From: Acanthaster planci
Lineage: Eukaryota
Reading direction: 5' to 3'
Assembly: GCF_001949145.1 (NCBI RefSeq)
Contig: NW_019091402.1
Span: 558,001-620,000 of the forward strand
Length of the DNA stretch: 62,000 nt
The position numbers were made by a program, and so were the translations under genes. The stretch's first letter is position 1; every line of letters starts with the position of its first letter. Shown in pieces: positions 60,737 to 62,000 of the stretch. Under the pieces are notes generated by a model that had not been told where the DNA came from, ran no database searches, and saw nothing but the letters and a program-made list of their open reading frames with translations.

Positions 60737-61177
60737 GTGAGTCAAACAACTCGACTAATTGTTTTCTTTCAGCCTTTTCTTCCAATTATCTTCTTCTTTC
60801 CTTGTTTAAGTGTTACTTTTCCTGGTATAGAATCACCAAATTCAGTTCACAAACCTGTTTCATCAAATCGCCATGCTTTTTTGTAAATTTAGAACTATTT
60901 CAGTCCGGAAGATCTTCTCGAAATTACACTTTGGTAGTATTTGTATCACGGTCAAGACGCACCGGGCAAACTTGACCTGTGGTCAGTAGCGGTCGTCTCT
61001 TGAAATTTCCCTGATTTCTCTGGTGCTCACTCTTCACTCAAGTTAGCTATTCACTTCGAAAGGTGTATTCAAACTGTTTTTTTTTCGTCCGCAAAGATTT
61101 TATTGACGAATCGGTTAATATTGAACTGAAAGCCAGGTAAACGCCTCTGTGGGAGAATTTGAGATTATAAATGAAAA

Positions 61178-61235
61178 CACTCAACTCACAACTCAACTTG
61201 ACCCGACTCAACTCACTCAACAATTCAACTCAACA
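61178..61235. repeat. Degenerate (CAACT)n low-complexity tract
   Basis: CTCAACTCACAACTCAACTTG...TTCAACTCAAC. Confidence 0.7.
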
Positions 61236-61569
61236 TGAACTACTCATCAATGTAACTAAATGCAACATCTCCCTTTATGTTTTCGGCAACATTTAAGAAA
61301 TGAATTGAAGGCGTGCAACGCACCCAAGCCATCTGGCACTATCTCATTACAGTTTACTGCTTGTAAAATTGATTCGATTGATATGATTGAAAATGGCTTC
61401 CTCCAGACTAAATGGCATTTGGCTGACACTAAAATGTTTCTGTTGTTATGATATAGGTCAAATGGCAGGATTCTCCATGGCGGACGGTGTACACTGTAGT
61501 GACGATGCTTTTCACATATTTGCTTCCGCTGTGTGTCATTGGAGTCGCTTATTGTATGGTGAGTAAAAA

Positions 61570-61630
61570 AAGTTACATTCAGGTTGGGATCGTCTCAAGG
61601 CATGAGACGATCCCAACCTGAATGTAACTT
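61570..61630. repeat. Perfect 28-bp inverted repeat with 5-nt loop (intronic hairpin)
   Basis: AAGTTACATTCAGGTTGGGATCGTCTCA-AGGCA-TGAGACGATCCCAACCTGAATGTAACTT. Confidence 0.95.
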
Positions 61631-62000
61631 GGACGACTCCCTAATGGAGCTTCTTTAGAGAAAGAGTTTACTAATTCAGTTGGTACCTGCGTGCAGAGAT
61701 CAAGAGGGCCAGCTGCCCTAATGCTCCGGTATAGGCCTATGTAGCCAGTTGCCCCCCTTTTACTGGATTATTGTAATAACACATTTTTTCTGTTGTGGTG
61801 AAACAACACACAAAAATAAACAATCAAACGAGAGTTTACAAGGTAGGCATCTACCGACACTACGAATATCTAACTACGAACATCTGACAAAGGCAGTACA
61901 GTTCAATAACAATGAGCACCCATTGTTATTGCGCTGTACTTCTTTTGTTAGATGTTCATAGTGCGAGGGCAGGGCTTTGTTCCTCTGTGATATTCACTCG

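Noticed and set aside
60737..60886. ORF read-through VSQTTRLIVFF... as TM5
   Set aside because: Begins at a canonical GTGAGT donor, is T-rich intron-like sequence and lacks orexin receptor TM5 similarity.

Overview
AT-rich eukaryotic genomic DNA with spliceosomal introns, probably from a marine invertebrate deuterostome such as an echinoderm (inferred from gene and repeat style, not proven). The only intact protein-coding gene I can support is the 5' half of an orexin/hypocretin (allatotropin-type) class A GPCR on the + strand. Its coding exons are 57507-57839 (N-terminus to mid-TM3) and 60500-60736 (TM3 to ECL2); TM5-TM7 must lie beyond the window. The ~57 kb upstream is non-coding. It holds candidate 5'UTR exons/promoters, a ~51-bp satellite, a ~1.8-kb near-identical duplication across a single N (probably an assembly artefact), an old ~2-2.7-kb tandem duplication, many MITEs (hAT, CACT/EnSpm-type, Harbinger, pogo-like), LINE 3' ends and several hairpins. 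It also holds a frameshifted RecQ-like helicase fragment (6366-6800) that the ORF track misses, probably a relic of a helicase-encoding DNA transposon. Nearly all other listed ORFs look spurious. I found no convincing evidence of a wholly new biological system.
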